From a virus (Duplodnaviria > Caudoviricetes): a stretch of DNA of 64,000 nt. A program made the position numbers and the translations under genes. The stretch spans positions 18,949 through 82,948 of the IMG/VR virus record IMGVR_UViG_3300030330_005745; one strand, 5' to 3'. Numbering within the stretch: position 1 is the first letter of the stretch; every line of letters begins with the position of its first letter. Positions 63,701-64,000 of this stretch are shown here, one piece after another. Under the pieces are notes generated by a model. The model saw nothing but the letters and a program-made list of their open reading frames with translations, had not been told where the DNA came from and searched no databases.

Positions 63701-64000
63701 TAGTAACAACACTGCTATTGGCTATGGTGCTCTTTCAGATAACACCACTGGCAGTTCCAACACTGCTGTCGGTAACGGTGCTCTTGGCGTAAACACCACT
63801 GGAAACAACAACAATGCGTTTGGTAAAAACGCCTTAGCCAGTAACACAACTGCAGGCACTAACAATGCTTTTGGTGATTCTGCTTTGCAGAATAATACTA
63901 CTGGCGGTCAAAACACAGCTTTCGGGCAAGCCGCTGGGAAACAAATCACAACAGGTAGCCAAAACGTTGCTGTTGGATACAATGCTTTGACATCTAACAC
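60786..64000 (+). CDS. long tail fibre/adhesin with 14-aa NTAVG repeats (3' end outside window)
   Basis: Frame read as open at both ends and sampled in between (MPFIGNVLTSFAVETGNIND... NVAVGYNALTSN); absent from the track, presumably because it has no stop. Confidence 0.85.
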   Translation, partial: MPFIGNVLTSFAVETGNINDQAITAPKLSATGGTNGKVLALAADLSLEWVTASSGATEINGLSDAVTYDSGLSIGLGTGALANDDGTDNDNTALGYNALNANTSGSLNAGVGYQALAQNTTSEGNTAVGASALSANTTADNNTAVGHGSLGANTTGSLNTAIGADALGANTTGYWNTAVGRDALKDQTTATLNTAIGDRAGENHTTGGSNVFVGSTAGYNTTTGSANVFVGRTSGEGNTTGSNNVCVGNGAGNTYGVLTQVTFVGSGAGANSLGTGAVAFGRDAHRNVDGDYNTFIGWLCGEGANSATATNNVGVGKQSFYVVSSGSENVGVGRNTFKALTTGSDNVAIGDSALDACTTGGNNVAVGKDAGGSLTTNNRNAFVGSQAGASVTANDNAGFGYNALNANTTGTQNTAAGSGALRLTTTGNYNTGVGYQALAQNTTSEGNTAVGAYALDANTTAANNTAVGYNSLGANTTGTQNVALGVSALASTLTHSNNIAIGYQAMTTANGAADSIAVGSDALKFVTTGDYNVAVGKDALKYTTTASNNTAVGTNALEANTTGASNAAVGANALDANTTGSSNVALGMNSLSVNTTASNNTAVGRSALEVNTTGTQNVAVGAYALDANTTANDNTAVGYDALSAATTGGNNTAVGKIALQHNTTGINNTAVGKDALAANTTANSNTAVGTDALTTSTTGIQNTAVGFEAGKANTTGYNNVFVGEVAGKANTTGHSNTALGRLALNLNTTGIQNTAVGNESLQKNTADNNTAVGHHALEENTTGTQNTALGSLALDDNIAANNNTAIGYKSLGATNGSSASQNTSVGSHSMDANTSGAENTACGYDTLSDNTTGSGNVALGAYALADNTTASNNTSVGYFSLYKNTTGGSNVAVGRSALRNNTTASNNTAVGYDALNSNTTGTVNTAIGVATLTANTTASNNVAVGYNALNDNTTGTKNTAVGSLALDANTTASNNTAIGYGALSDNTTGSSNTAVGNGALGVNTTGNNNNAFGKNALASNTTAGTNNAFGDSALQNNTTGGQNTAFGQAAGKQITTGSQNVAVGYNALTSN

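Noticed and set aside
3613-64000. Diversity-generating retroelement or invertase shufflon acting on the fibres
   Set aside because: No reverse transcriptase, no template/variable repeat pair with adenine-specific mismatches, and no intact recombinase in the window
1-64000. Alternative genetic code or introns/inteins in core genes
   Set aside because: Polymerase, ThyX, terminase, capsid and dcd read intact at expected lengths in the standard code

Overview
The window is a piece of a lytic dsDNA tailed phage genome, most likely a marine cyanophage. Host clues are a glutamine-II riboswitch with a DUF4278 peptide, NblA-like genes and picocyanobacterial-type membrane proteins. No T4-type hallmark genes and no T7-type RNA polymerase are visible here. 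Layout: (1) 1-2.4 kb, + strand: end of a sugar-modification cluster and an HNH. (2) About 2.4-24.4 kb, mostly - strand: Dps, tail fibre, outer-membrane protein, Gp157, tandem SSB, T7-like family A DNA polymerase, Gp88-like protein, ThyX, cupin, tRNA-Leu, PcfJ-like protein and many small early genes. (3) About 25-54 kb, + strand: candidate ejection proteins, terminase, portal, scaffold, major capsid, transglycosylase, HNH, a DDxxD terpenoid-synthase-fold protein coupled to a 985-aa protein, lysozyme and an NblA-like gene. (4) 54-58 kb, - strand: DUF3310, dCTP deaminase, a degenerate adenine methyltransferase and an HTH protein. (5) 58-64 kb: fibre genes, the last running off the window. The most notable unexplained signals are two families of repeated, covarying RNA structures in leaders of the early arm (five 27-nt pseudoknots and three GGCAU/GUAAGUCC stem-loops), a 599-nt dual-coding portal/scaffold overlap, and the prenyltransferase-fold gene. 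All family assignments come from motif recognition by eye; no database search was run. Several starts were moved from the ORF track to a more plausible internal ATG.
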